Shown in pieces: positions 1 to 11,100 of a DNA stretch of 64,000 nt. The first letter of the stretch is position 1, and each line of letters opens with the position of its first letter. A program made the position numbers and the translations under genes. The notes beneath the pieces are model-generated. The model was not told the origin of the DNA. It searched no databases and saw only the letters and a program-made list of their open reading frames with translations. The stretch comes from a virus, in IMG/VR virus record IMGVR_UViG_3300033120_000335, positions 5,024 through 69,023 of that record. One strand, given 5' to 3'.

Positions 1-8
1 AATGGGTA

Positions 9-1046
9 GTGAGTCTACCTCTTGTGATTCTTGTAACAGCTGCTTCGTTTGTGTCCTGTGTCACCCATGAGGATGTTGATGATGATGCAAACATCCCCAA
101 CACACCAGACGTCCTCGAACAAGCACCAATCCCTCTCACGGAACCTGAACCTCGTCAATTCGAACCACAGCTCTCTGAGCCTGTATTGACGGAGACAATT
201 CGAGTTGCAGACTGGGCATCTACTCCCAGTATTCCTGTGAGAGTTCGACCCCTGACTTTTGTTCAGAGGGCCCCTAGTTTCCTTCAAGCTGCATTTGACC
301 CGATCCCCCGAGTGCGAAACTCTGCACACACAAGATGGAACCGTCGTTGGTCTGAAGCTAGGATTTTGGAGTCTGATGGGACCGCAGGTCTCTATGATGC
401 CACCCTCTTGGTCTTTGCTCGGGCTGTGGTTCATGAGGCCAATTGGATCCACAGACCTTGTGGTAATGGCCCAGGACCCTGTGACCCCTCAGGAGACCAC
501 AACCACGCTGAGTTTGATGCTCCCGCTATGTTTCGTGTGTTCCGCAATACTCGCCGAAACTACGAAACGCTCATGGGATCCATGCGGAACCACATGAACT
601 ACGCCACAGAAGAATTGCCTCCACGAAGAGCCAGATCTCGTTGGATTGTGGAACTGAACCTTGAAGGCTCAAGACCAAGACACTTTCCAGAGTCTGACGC
701 CAACGGAAACGCATTGAACTGGGAAAGAGACTACCAACCTCGCTGGTTGGAAGTCATAGCTCTCTCCCGCCGTCTGTTTGCAGGACAAAATCTAGGAGTG
801 TGTGGTGATGCCCCTCTTGTGACTTGGGGGGGACGTTGTGAAGACCAACATGGTGCATGTGATGATGCCTCAGGACATCGTAGAGGACTCGTCCCAATTG
901 ATTGTGGGAACTCCAGCAACCGATTCTGGTGCCGACCAGGAACCCAAGGTTGCCCAACCCCAGCCATTGAAAACCAAGAAACCCCACCTCAAGTAGAGAC
1001 ACCTGAGATGGGATCTGAAACACCAGAAGCCGTTCAAGAAAACTAA
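9..1046 (+). CDS. Putative exported/lipoprotein, possibly a distant SleB-like (Hydrolase_2) cell-wall hydrolase
   Basis: Hydrophobic N-terminus ending FVSC, Pro/Glu-rich linker, FARAVVHEA...AMFRVFRN resembling the SleB LAxxxxxEA...AVAxVIxNR pattern, Cys-rich C-terminus; convergent with the hub gene. Confidence 0.45.
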   Translation: MSLPLVILVTAASFVSCVTHEDVDDDANIPNTPDVLEQAPIPLTEPEPRQFEPQLSEPVLTETIRVADWASTPSIPVRVRPLTFVQRAPSFLQAAFDPIPRVRNSAHTRWNRRWSEARILESDGTAGLYDATLLVFARAVVHEANWIHRPCGNGPGPCDPSGDHNHAEFDAPAMFRVFRNTRRNYETLMGSMRNHMNYATEELPPRRARSRWIVELNLEGSRPRHFPESDANGNALNWERDYQPRWLEVIALSRRLFAGQNLGVCGDAPLVTWGGRCEDQHGACDDASGHRRGLVPIDCGNSSNRFWCRPGTQGCPTPAIENQETPPQVETPEMGSETPEAVQEN

Positions 1047-4000
1047 ACCGTTCGGTCTATACGACCTGCGATTTCGTTCAGACGTCTCAGATTTTGGCTG
1101 GATGGGTCACCCACTCCAGCCAAATCATTTTCAGCTTGGTTGGCGGGTGCTGTAAGTTGAGATGCCACTCCCAAGAGACCTTGCACACTGTCAAAGACAG
1201 ACTGCCGTCCAGCTTCTGTGGTTGAAACTCCACGCATAGCTGATTGAGCCAAAAGCCATGAGTCAGAAGCAAGAACCATCTGTTGAGACACCCATTGGGA
1301 AGCTTGGTCTGGAGCATCTACCGAAACGAATGTAGAAGCACTCGCACCACTCATGTAAGCCCCAAGTAGTAAGTCAGCCTCAGCACCTCGACATGCACAC
1401 ACATCGTTCTCTTCAAATGGTGTCAAGTCAGAAAGTCTGAAGGCGACATTGGACACAGGGAGATGTGTGATGGCATCCCTACTCGACATGATGTAGTTGG
1501 CCAGACCTCCAGCAATCATTGCTGTAGACCGTGTAGACACATCTGCATCGGGGTTTGCTTCACGCCATTCTCGAATAGCGATGTCAGCTCCAGGACTGTT
1601 CAAGAACTGAGGATCTGTGGCAATAGCGTCAAGAACTCTCGTGGCGTTTGCAGAGAGAGCAGGACCTGTCTCAGCATTTCCAGTCCCAGAGACACGAACA
1701 GCGCTCACGAACTCGTAAGCAAGTGCGGGGTCAACGTACTGGAACGGATCCGTACCCATGAGGGTTTCGTAGTTCCCTCCAGGCTCGATGCTCAGACCGC
1801 GCCCATACTGGTACGTTCCATAGTGCTCGTACCCAACTGCATCCGAGACAGGGAATACAGGGCTGAAGCTGCTGATCGCTTCCTCAATGACTCCCTGACG
1901 TTGATCGAAGGAGAATGGTAGTGCTCCACCCCAACTCCTACCACCAAAGAGACGACCGATGTCTCCTCTCCAAGCAGACAAAGCACTGCTGAGAGATCGA
2001 GCAACATCACCCTCAAAGACCAGACCTCCACCTTGAGTAGACGTTGAAGAGCTTCTTCTTCTAGGATTTGCAGTCCCCCCTGACAAGTAGGCAGAACGGA
2101 AACGTGTTCCCCAGTTCGTCAGAGACCCATCTTCGAAAGTCCCCCGTCCGTTGTATCTTCGAGCTAGTTCTTCAATCTGTGCATCTGTTGGTGGATTTCC
2201 AATTGCATTGGCTGCTGTTCTGCCTCTCGGGTTTGCATTGAACCAAGCCACTAGAAGATCGTCACTGACACCTCTAGGGTCTCTGTCAAAGCTCCCAACA
2301 GGGTCATTTGGATGTGTAGCAAGCAATCTCCCTCCTAGAACTTGATACACACCCCATGAAGTAGACTCGATTGCCGCATTTCTGTGTTGAGGGTACTGAC
2401 TCAACACAGAGTTCACTACGGATCGATCAGTTCCGTCTCCAGGAATGGATATCCCGGTCCTATTCCTAAAAAGACGGCGTTCAAAGCGGACAGCAGTAGG
2501 CGAACCATTGGACTCGATTGCCCGAATGGACCGCATCACATTTGGGGGTATGCGTGCCCTTTGAGCTAGCTCAGCATCCGTTGCAGATGCTGTAGAGACA
2601 ACTGGTTCAGGAGGAGGAGTCGCAGAAACACCTTCAGACACTGGAGTGTTGCTGCTTACAATTGCGATTGCTCTCTCAATTTGAGCTTGGTTTGCAATTG
2701 AAATTTGTTGGATGAGTGCATTGCCCTTAGCCATTAGGATCGTTCGAGCACGTCCCTCTGTGTCTGGAGAACCGAGAGCTGTGTCCGTGACCACAATGTC
2801 ATTCAGTACAGCACGATTGTTTGGTGTGCCTCCCTCGATATCAGCGCTTGTAATTGAAGCGTTACCAGGCCCTACAAGACCTGAAATGCCAGCCAAAGCA
2901 CGAGCGACCAAAGACCCCCCAGTTTCAGCTGCTGAAGACAATCCACCAGGCCCTCCACTTGCCACTGAGATGAGACGTTCTCCCAAGAGTCTCCCAGCAC
3001 CACTGTTGGGTGTAAGGCAAGCACGGAATGCATTCGCTATGTCTGTTGTGGAGGACCCTGAACGGATTCGAAACACAAGGGTGGACCCGAATCTCCGAGC
3101 GGTCCGTTGTTCGAATGACAGTGCGAAGATCTGATCCGTCGAAGTCGGAGTTGGGTCGTGAGATGCGAATGTTCTGACGTTCAATCCATTAACCGCAGGT
3201 CGGTTTACCAGACTGACGAAGTCCTGTAACTGATCTTCATTCAGATTGACGTCCAGACCCTCCACCGCTTCCATCGAAAGTGGTATGACCCCAACTGTAT
3301 TTCGGTTCGCTTGTGCAGCAGCCTCCGCAGTCTCTGCGGCTGCTGAGGATTCTGATGCAATGGTGGCTGCCAGTGTCGCTCGCTGACTTCTGAGATTGAC
3401 CAAAAACGCATCTTCTCCAGCACGTGAGCCACTCTGGAAAGGTGATGTACGCTCCGAGATTTGGAAATCCAAATCTCGAAGTTGGCGTTGACGATCCGCT
3501 GTGTCTGCAACTGCTGTCTCTGATGAAGGCGTGGGGGCCCCAGAATCAGGATTCAGTGCTGTGTATCCCTGCTGTTCAGGGTCTGGATGTGCTGAAGAGT
3601 AGTACCTGTAATACCCTGGAGTGTTGATGCCAATGGAGGCTTTTCTGTCATTCAACAACTCCAGAATGGTCGCTGAGTTGTTGAGAGCACCAGTCTCATC
3701 CACGGACATATCCCGACTGGCTGAGGAAGGGTCTCTCCTACGAACTTCGCCCACGAGGAAGTTGATCAAAGAACGGATGTCGTTGTCTGGAACAGACTGA
3801 AGAACACCAGTTCCAACAAGAACTGAAGTCTCACCAGTGCCAGCTAGGAACTGGTTGATGATGTCTGCTTGTGAACGAAGCGCTGCAATTTGAGTCCGAA
3901 TGTCAGAGCGCTCTGCATTCTCTTCTCTGGTCGCTTGTAGTCTCCTGTTTAGGGTTTGAGTCTCTCGATTGATCTGTGTGATTCGAGCCCTGGACTCAGC

Positions 4001-6229
4001 CCGAAGGTTGATCAAATCCCGAAGACCATCTCTCAGCTCGGTTGGTGTGATACGCACACCATGATGTGAAGAGGTCTGAATCCACCAACCACCATTCTGA
4101 CCACCACCACCAGAAATCACATTCTCTACGGTGTTGCCACCTGATGGAGCTGCTGAAGTGACTTCAGCAGAAGGTACAGCAGCTGAAGTTCCTGGTGTGG
4201 TATTTGAAGTAGGAGTAGGAGCTTCATCGTCCACCAACATTCCAGACTCGCTCCAACCCAGTATGCTGTTTGCAACAAGAACCTGTGCGAAGTTCGAAGC
4301 AAGAAGCTCTAGCCTAGCTGGATCGATTCGAATTGCACCTCGGCGACCTCTGTTGGATACAACCCCGCCTTCTTCAGCATCCAAACCGAAGAGGAAGAAT
4401 TGGGGATTAATCCGTTCAGGATCTAGGGCCATCACCACATTGGGAAACCCCAAGATTCTAGGTACTGAACTGTTATCCAGATACTGAAGAGGGCGTGGAG
4501 GGTTGCTCGTGCGACCCAAATCGATACTTCCAATACTGGATCCTTCTGGGTTCCCTGGAGGTATGAACTTCCGCCTGCGTGCAACCAGGTTGAGTGTTGT
4601 CGTACAAGCCCCTCCAAATGTGAATGCATGGGAGACCGACTGCACATAGTAGAAGCAATCGATGTGGGCGATGTAGACTGGGAAACCTTGTCTGAGTTCT
4701 GGACGCAATGGGATCGTTACAGAGGCTGAGTTCATCCCCTGATTGATTCGGTCCAGGTTTGCTACGGCTGCGTAGAAAGCTGACCTTGCATTTGAGTAGT
4801 AGTTGGACTCCAAGGAGCCCTCTCTCCACCCAAACTGAGCGATCAGACGGTAGTCGTAGTACGTGGAGCGAACACCAAATTCTGCCTCATCTACTGCCCC
4901 TCGCATGTTCTGGAATGGGCCTCCAGAAACAGTTGCGTACGTAGCCTCAGGTTCGGACTCAGTGAAAGACAGGTTGATGATGTCTTCTGGCTCAAGTCGG
5001 TAAATCCGCGATGAGCTAGTGTCCAAGTTGTAGAGAGGCGGCTTGAAAACCAAGTCCCCATCCATGTCCTGATAGAACTCGTAGCCACAGATGTTTGAGA
5101 CTTGCGTCGCAATGTCGAGCTTCGACTCGTATGTCGTCTCGAAGAGATTGACTTGACCATACTGGCTGATGTCGTTGACAAACGCCTGCATTTGGGGAAC
5201 TACAACACCGTAATCTCGGCCAGTACCACCCGAAGAGTCCAGGTACCTAAGGTCAGCACCTCGCTGAATCCGACCTGCTCCATCTCTGTCAATCAGATTG
5301 AACGCGGCCGCAGAGGATGCCAGAGGATCTCTCTCAGGGCGAGTTGACCCCGTGACTACGGAAATCAAACGAGCGTCTGTGCCCCCGAGTCGTGCAAGGT
5401 AAGCCTGAGTTGAACCAGAGAACAACTGGCCAGATGCACCATGCATTCTGAGACCGTACATGCCCTGCATGAATCTACGTTCCCAGTATTCCAACGTGAG
5501 GGAATACAGAGAATCCCCGGAAGCTGCTGAAGTAGCCTGCATGTTGGTTCGACCTTGCAAGGCAAACCCAACACCCGCTGCGGAACCTGCTGTATCTCTG
5601 TACAGGGAGTAAATGATCGAGAATGGAGACATTCCCGTAAAGACGTGTCCTCGTAGATTCGTCCTCACCCCAGAGTTGTTCGGACGGGCGCCAAAGAAGG
5701 ACCCATTCGAGGCAATCTGCATGTACTGCCAGAAATGAAGCATTCCAGAGCAGGTCAAAGATGCTGAGTAGTACCCACCAGCATACTCGTGGTTGACTCC
5801 AGTGACCACCCCGTGAAAGGCTGGGTAGTACGGGTATTGAGGGATATCCGAGAGCTTCACACCAGAGACTCGCTGACTCTCAGGGTCAGCATCTGGGTCA
5901 GCGAGTCCTGTCATCGGGAAGTAGCCTCGGAAATAGACATGGACCTCCAAGCCATTTCGAAGAAGCGTGTTGCCATCCCTGAATATCGAGTCCCCATAAG
6001 ACTTTGGGATACTGAGGGTGATGCTGGTGGAGCTAGCTCCTGGATCTACGCCAGCATCCACAGAGATACTGGTCACGAACTGCTGAATGTCGATCCGATG
6101 ATGGCAAGTCCTGCATCCGGCAAGGCCCGTGTCTCCATTGAGGTACACAAGAGCGTCAGGCGTCCACTGAACGATCTTCTGCTGGTTTGGGCTCCAAGTA
6201 CCCGCATATGGCCTATCAAGAAGTCCCAT
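1043..6229 (-). CDS. Baseplate hub / tail-associated lysin with an inserted N-acetylmuramidase (DUF3380-like) domain
   Basis: 1728 aa, downstream of tape measure; hub-like segment YEFYQDMDGDLVFKPPLYN...IPLRPELRQGFP; muramidase motifs IRAIESNG, FERRLF, STSWGVYQVLG, ARRYNG at about 2080-2560. Confidence 0.75.
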   Translation of the reverse strand: MGLLDRPYAGTWSPNQQKIVQWTPDALVYLNGDTGLAGCRTCHHRIDIQQFVTSISVDAGVDPGASSTSITLSIPKSYGDSIFRDGNTLLRNGLEVHVYFRGYFPMTGLADPDADPESQRVSGVKLSDIPQYPYYPAFHGVVTGVNHEYAGGYYSASLTCSGMLHFWQYMQIASNGSFFGARPNNSGVRTNLRGHVFTGMSPFSIIYSLYRDTAGSAAGVGFALQGRTNMQATSAASGDSLYSLTLEYWERRFMQGMYGLRMHGASGQLFSGSTQAYLARLGGTDARLISVVTGSTRPERDPLASSAAAFNLIDRDGAGRIQRGADLRYLDSSGGTGRDYGVVVPQMQAFVNDISQYGQVNLFETTYESKLDIATQVSNICGYEFYQDMDGDLVFKPPLYNLDTSSSRIYRLEPEDIINLSFTESEPEATYATVSGGPFQNMRGAVDEAEFGVRSTYYDYRLIAQFGWREGSLESNYYSNARSAFYAAVANLDRINQGMNSASVTIPLRPELRQGFPVYIAHIDCFYYVQSVSHAFTFGGACTTTLNLVARRRKFIPPGNPEGSSIGSIDLGRTSNPPRPLQYLDNSSVPRILGFPNVVMALDPERINPQFFLFGLDAEEGGVVSNRGRRGAIRIDPARLELLASNFAQVLVANSILGWSESGMLVDDEAPTPTSNTTPGTSAAVPSAEVTSAAPSGGNTVENVISGGGGQNGGWWIQTSSHHGVRITPTELRDGLRDLINLRAESRARITQINRETQTLNRRLQATREENAERSDIRTQIAALRSQADIINQFLAGTGETSVLVGTGVLQSVPDNDIRSLINFLVGEVRRRDPSSASRDMSVDETGALNNSATILELLNDRKASIGINTPGYYRYYSSAHPDPEQQGYTALNPDSGAPTPSSETAVADTADRQRQLRDLDFQISERTSPFQSGSRAGEDAFLVNLRSQRATLAATIASESSAAAETAEAAAQANRNTVGVIPLSMEAVEGLDVNLNEDQLQDFVSLVNRPAVNGLNVRTFASHDPTPTSTDQIFALSFEQRTARRFGSTLVFRIRSGSSTTDIANAFRACLTPNSGAGRLLGERLISVASGGPGGLSSAAETGGSLVARALAGISGLVGPGNASITSADIEGGTPNNRAVLNDIVVTDTALGSPDTEGRARTILMAKGNALIQQISIANQAQIERAIAIVSSNTPVSEGVSATPPPEPVVSTASATDAELAQRARIPPNVMRSIRAIESNGSPTAVRFERRLFRNRTGISIPGDGTDRSVVNSVLSQYPQHRNAAIESTSWGVYQVLGGRLLATHPNDPVGSFDRDPRGVSDDLLVAWFNANPRGRTAANAIGNPPTDAQIEELARRYNGRGTFEDGSLTNWGTRFRSAYLSGGTANPRRRSSSTSTQGGGLVFEGDVARSLSSALSAWRGDIGRLFGGRSWGGALPFSFDQRQGVIEEAISSFSPVFPVSDAVGYEHYGTYQYGRGLSIEPGGNYETLMGTDPFQYVDPALAYEFVSAVRVSGTGNAETGPALSANATRVLDAIATDPQFLNSPGADIAIREWREANPDADVSTRSTAMIAGGLANYIMSSRDAITHLPVSNVAFRLSDLTPFEENDVCACRGAEADLLLGAYMSGASASTFVSVDAPDQASQWVSQQMVLASDSWLLAQSAMRGVSTTEAGRQSVFDSVQGLLGVASQLTAPANQAENDLAGVGDPSSQNLRRLNEIAGRIDRTV

Positions 6230-6230
6230 C

Positions 6231-7439
6231 TCAACCTCTCCGACTCACAACGACATCACTTGTCGTAGAGTCAACACTTACAGCAGCACCACTCCAAGGT
6301 TGAGCAGGGGCTCCACCCACAGTTGGGGCTGTCAAAATTTGGTTTCCTGAAGAACCAAGGAAGGTCCTCGAAAGACGTGATCCTGTTGATGGTGCGTTCG
6401 AGGCTGAAGGGTTGTAGAAGTTCGACCCAGGAGCATTTTGTGGTGCCACAGAACTCTTTGGGGAAGAGCGATCGAGAACACGTACTGCGGTGAACTCAAT
6501 ATCGAACTTCAGACCACCGCCCTGAAGGGATTCCTCCTCAGCATAGGAGAAGGAATCCATGTGTCCCACATAGACATTCTGGTCGTACTCAATCGCGGTG
6601 TTGCCCACCATGAGGTTAGCTCTTGACTTACGCCCAGTGGCATTTGCAGAAGAATCTTGAATGTACCCACTGCTTTGGTACATAGAGAAGACGGACATGA
6701 GTTGCTGCCACGAGGCTGAGTCCCTCTTCGAGGCATACTGGACACCTGAAGCCACATTCTGAGAAGAGGATGTCTTCTGACAAATGAACGCTCCAATGGT
6801 GCATTGGAAGCTGACCTTTGTTAGCTCCTCACCCCAGGACTGGTAGATGTACCCATAGCGGTTGCGTTCCTGAAACTGAGCTATCTTCGCATGAGAAACG
6901 CTCATCGAAGTAGGGTTGATCAAGAGAACCAGAGGTGGGATGTCAGCCAACCGTCTGAGTTGAAGAAGGATGTCTAAAGCTGTTGTGTCATTGGACAAGG
7001 CTGGAACGATTCGAGTAGAACTCGAACCCGGAATGGTGGGAGAGATAGCCTGGTTCCTGGCTGTATTCGCTATCCCACGTTCGATGCTGACCACGCTTGC
7101 TTCCGTAAATCCTGGAATCGAGGTGCCCGCCCTAAGAATGGAAGTCTCAGAAACCCTATCCGCTCGTGTCTGATTCAGACCTCGGATAGCTCCCGCATAG
7201 TCTGTGGTGTCTGTTGACGTAGACACACCTTCTTCAGGAGGTGTCCCAACTCGCAATGTGTTGAAGCCATCCCCCAAAATCATAGGAGGCAGTACACGCA
7301 TTGTGAAAGGAGAGAAAGACCGGAGGCTGGCCTTAGACCCATCTACTGGAATTGTAGTTTGAGTCTCGAAATCGCGCTCGAAATTCGGCGGAGTTGGAAG
7401 ACCCTCGAAGAATCGAGCGGGCTGTGTTGGGTTAGGCAT
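6231..7439 (-). CDS. Baseplate / tail-tube initiator-like protein
   Basis: Position between tape measure and hub; LLINPTSMSVSHAK...WGEEL and GHMDSFSYAEE motifs; similar to the neighbouring 221-aa ORF. Confidence 0.6.
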   Translation of the reverse strand: MPNPTQPARFFEGLPTPPNFERDFETQTTIPVDGSKASLRSFSPFTMRVLPPMILGDGFNTLRVGTPPEEGVSTSTDTTDYAGAIRGLNQTRADRVSETSILRAGTSIPGFTEASVVSIERGIANTARNQAISPTIPGSSSTRIVPALSNDTTALDILLQLRRLADIPPLVLLINPTSMSVSHAKIAQFQERNRYGYIYQSWGEELTKVSFQCTIGAFICQKTSSSQNVASGVQYASKRDSASWQQLMSVFSMYQSSGYIQDSSANATGRKSRANLMVGNTAIEYDQNVYVGHMDSFSYAEEESLQGGGLKFDIEFTAVRVLDRSSPKSSVAPQNAPGSNFYNPSASNAPSTGSRLSRTFLGSSGNQILTAPTVGGAPAQPWSGAAVSVDSTTSDVVVSRRG

Positions 7440-8104
7440 CAGGCACCCGCCTTTGCCATTGGAACTAGAGGCACATTCACTGTACGTAGGTTGTGCTTCT
7501 CTCTCTCGACAGTGAACGCAGCTGTAATCGCAAATTGGTAGGGTTGGTCCGCTGTCTCCTCAACAGAAAAAGTCGAGAACCAGCCCCACCAGGCACCACC
7601 ATCAAAAGCGACCAAGATCTGCCCCTGAAGAGCGATCTGGCCATTGATGTCATAGATAGACCCGTTGTTCTTGAACAGTGCCAACAGGTCTAGGTACTTG
7701 TCATAGGCGATGGAGTCTCTACGACCACCACCAGTGCCAGTTGCCTGCATTGTTGTAGGCAGAATCTGGGAGTTGGATCCTGTCGGTCCGGTTATGTTCG
7801 ACAGGCCCGTATGCAGTCGAACAAAACCACCAGTTGTAGCTGTGAGGGAGATCTCAGCTGGAGCCGCTCCCCAGTGTGCCTCTACCCACCCACCCAAAGT
7901 TTGAGTACGTTCGATCACTTTGGTGTGGGAAAACTGCATTGAATTTGGATTCGTGTGTAAGACCATCTTCAACCCATCAGGAAGAAGGGATGTCCTTCGA
8001 TCTGGAGCCAGGATATCAAACACAACTGGACGTTTGCCCAACTTCAGGAACTCATCCTGATAGGACTCAAAACTCGAACGAATGATGGGTCTTGCACTAG
8101 GCAC
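7439..8104 (-). CDS. Baseplate / tail-tube initiator-like protein
   Basis: Directly after tape measure; LHTNPNSMQFSHTK...TLGGWVEAHWG and GWFSTFSVEETADQPYQF tube-fold-like motifs. Confidence 0.6.
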   Translation of the reverse strand: MPSARPIIRSSFESYQDEFLKLGKRPVVFDILAPDRRTSLLPDGLKMVLHTNPNSMQFSHTKVIERTQTLGGWVEAHWGAAPAEISLTATTGGFVRLHTGLSNITGPTGSNSQILPTTMQATGTGGGRRDSIAYDKYLDLLALFKNNGSIYDINGQIALQGQILVAFDGGAWWGWFSTFSVEETADQPYQFAITAAFTVEREKHNLRTVNVPLVPMAKAGA

Positions 8105-11100
8105 GAGATGTCACCCTTCCTGCACCTAGTCCGGTCTCACGCAGCACACGCTTGACAACGTCAAAGATTCGTCTCTCATCTCCACCATAAATGGAGATGC
8201 TGACGGCTCCACCACCGCCACCTCCTGCTCTATCCAGAGCACCACCAGGCTTGGACCCAACGAAAGTGTCTGCTGGGTCAATGGGTGTGATAGTCCCTCG
8301 AATCCCATCACCCTGATAGATGAAGTCGTTTACTTCCTCTCCCATTTCTGGGCCATCAGAACCGGTCAACCTTCTCCTGCCATCGAGAACTTGGAGACCT
8401 GTTCCATCCATCCCACCACCCAAACGCATACCAAGACTTCCGGCAAGACCACTAAGATCTCTCCGTCCAGTCTCGTCCAAGGTCCCCAACCTCTCACTCA
8501 GTGCCTTTGAGACCGTCCCACTCTCCATGTACTCGGCCACTGCCTTGGCAGCGTCTTCTCCATTGAGCCCAGAAGCCAGAGCCAAGGAAGCTATCTGTTG
8601 CTTGACCTGAGCTGCAACAATGGCATCTGGCAAATTGCTTCGTGCTAGAGCATTACCAAGTTTCATGTCTTTGGTGAGAATCTTGTCAAGATGCTTCCTT
8701 GAAGCTTCCCCCTCAGTTTCCATGACAGCACGAGTAGAAGATGCCTCTTCTGCTACGACCGCAGTTGCCTCTTCATGAGCAGCCACAATAGGTTGAGTCA
8801 CCAGATCTGCGGCATCTTCTGAAGCAGAGGTAGTGGCTGTGGCTGTGGGGCCTGCCACACTTGGGGCAACAGGGGGTGCAACTGAAACTGGGCTTGGGAC
8901 TGTAGATGCTGCTACAACAGGGCTAGTAGGAGCGGCACCGCCAGACTGTTGCTGATGTCTTCTGAAAACATCTGATGCTGCCTTTGACCGAATGTTCCCC
9001 GCAGCAACACTTCCACTGACTGCTACCTCGCGCTCTTCGATTGGGCCCCCTAGGCTTTCAGCTGATGCGCGAGACATCGAGACACCTCTCTCAGTCCTGT
9101 ACTCAGTCGTACGTAGGGCAGAGGTATCCCCTCTCGAAAGAGCTTCCAGGGCACTGGTAGATGCTGCAATTGCAGCATCTGCTGCCTCCATCGTAACCCG
9201 AGCGTCAGCAAGAGATGCTGCCTCATCAGGACTCAGAGTTCCACCAGTAGCTTGCTTCCGTTCGAGTTTCGTAACTGTGCGATTTGCAGCGGACTTTTCT
9301 CGATTGGACTCAGAGATACCCTTTGTCAAGCTCCCCTGGAAGTCTCTAGCTGCATTCCGTTCAGATCTGGACTTCCCAGAACCTGAGATATTGAGAAGGT
9401 CTCCAATCATGTCGATCATTGGAAGGCCAACGTCTTCGTAGATCCCTCGGAGATACTGGGTTATCTCGTTTTGCAGGATGTCTGAGATCGTAACTGTCTC
9501 GTCAAATGCGTCCTGAGCCAAGCTCAGCTCTTCACTCACAGCAGCATTGGTCTCCGCATCTCCCCTCTCCACAGAAGCCGTGAGCAAGTCCATACCACTT
9601 GTGATCTCAGCACCTGTGACCACAACCCCATCCTCTACGCGAGCAGCGACAATCTTACCGTTCTCAATGGTTGCCCCGTACTGTTCTGCCATCTGATCAA
9701 GTTGAGCATCAGAGAGGCTCTCTACATTTTCCAGATACCTCTGCATGATGGAGAAGCGACCCTCAGAGTCTGCTGCAAGCGCTTGGTATCTCTCAAATTC
9801 CGCCCCAGACAGACCTGTGATGGACTCAGCAGCCATTCTCTGGACACCCGACAACTCATTGAGAGGGCGCCCAAGAATGGCCATTGCACTCTGAAGCTTC
9901 ATTGCGATCGTGGCTCCTGGGTCAAGACTGGACAACGCATCAGACATGTCCGCCATGCTCCCAGACGTGCCACGAGAGAGACTCACCAACTGTTCCAAAC
10001 GACGAGCCATGTCAGGGTCTCCAGCTCTGACAGCTGCAATAAGCTCTGACTGACCCTCTCTAGTCATGCCGCCAAGTTGCTTTACGAGACCCTTTGTGGA
10101 GTTCTCATCGTAACTTGCACCACCAGCACCTTCGAGATTCTTGGTGTCAAAGTTCAAGCCCGCATCCTTGATGGCCTTGGATACAGCATCACTGGTACCA
10201 CCAGCTGCAAAGTCTCGTGCGAAAGTTCGGGCAGCGGATGTTGCAGCCTTTTCGATGGTGTCTTGCGTACGACCAGACCCAGTGGTCATGATGGTCTTGT
10301 ATCGCTCTTGTGTGCCTGTGTCCTTGAAGGAACCAGCAGCACCACCCAAGGTTTCCCCAGCAGCCTTCTCACCTAGGACCTTGGACATCCGAACCAAAAG
10401 TTCAGCAGTGGTATCCAAGTGAGTGTTGAGAGATGCCTGGCCAGCTGTAGCCTGAGTGATCAAGGAATAGAAACGACGAGTGCTGAACCCAGCCTCTTGA
10501 GCTTGCTTTGAAATGTTTGAGAACTGATCTGAGACGTTCTCAAGAGAAAAAGCCAAAGTATCAGTGTACTCGGCAAGGTTCCCTGCAAACTCGTTGACAC
10601 CAATTCCCAAAGACTTTGCTGTAGCTGCTGTGTGGGTAAGTACATCTCCCAAGGCCTTCTCTTTGCTCGTAGCATCCATTGCACCACGAGTCAGCTGAGC
10701 CATGGAAACACCACCTGAATCAAGAGCGTCAAAGACACCCATGGCCTCTTCAGATGTGAGCCCAAGAGTCTTGTTTAGGTCTTGTGTCACGTGCCTAAGC
10801 ACTGTGAGACCCTCACGCATGTTTCCCATGCCCAAGTTCGCGACAGACCGAGTCCCAAAGGCTGTCACAGCTGACTTGTTGAATTCCTTGACGTCCTTGT
10901 CGATCCCATACATCAATCCGGCAAAAGCTCCGAAAGCCACCACAAGAGGAGCCAGAACCAAAAGGACTCCGCCTATTGATCCTGCGAGCACACCCATTGC
11001 ACCACCAGAAGCAGCCAGACCAGCAGCAACCTCAGAGAGCCCACCAAGGTTCTTCCCTAGACTGCCTGCCCCACTCGAAAGCATTGATCCGATGTCAACG

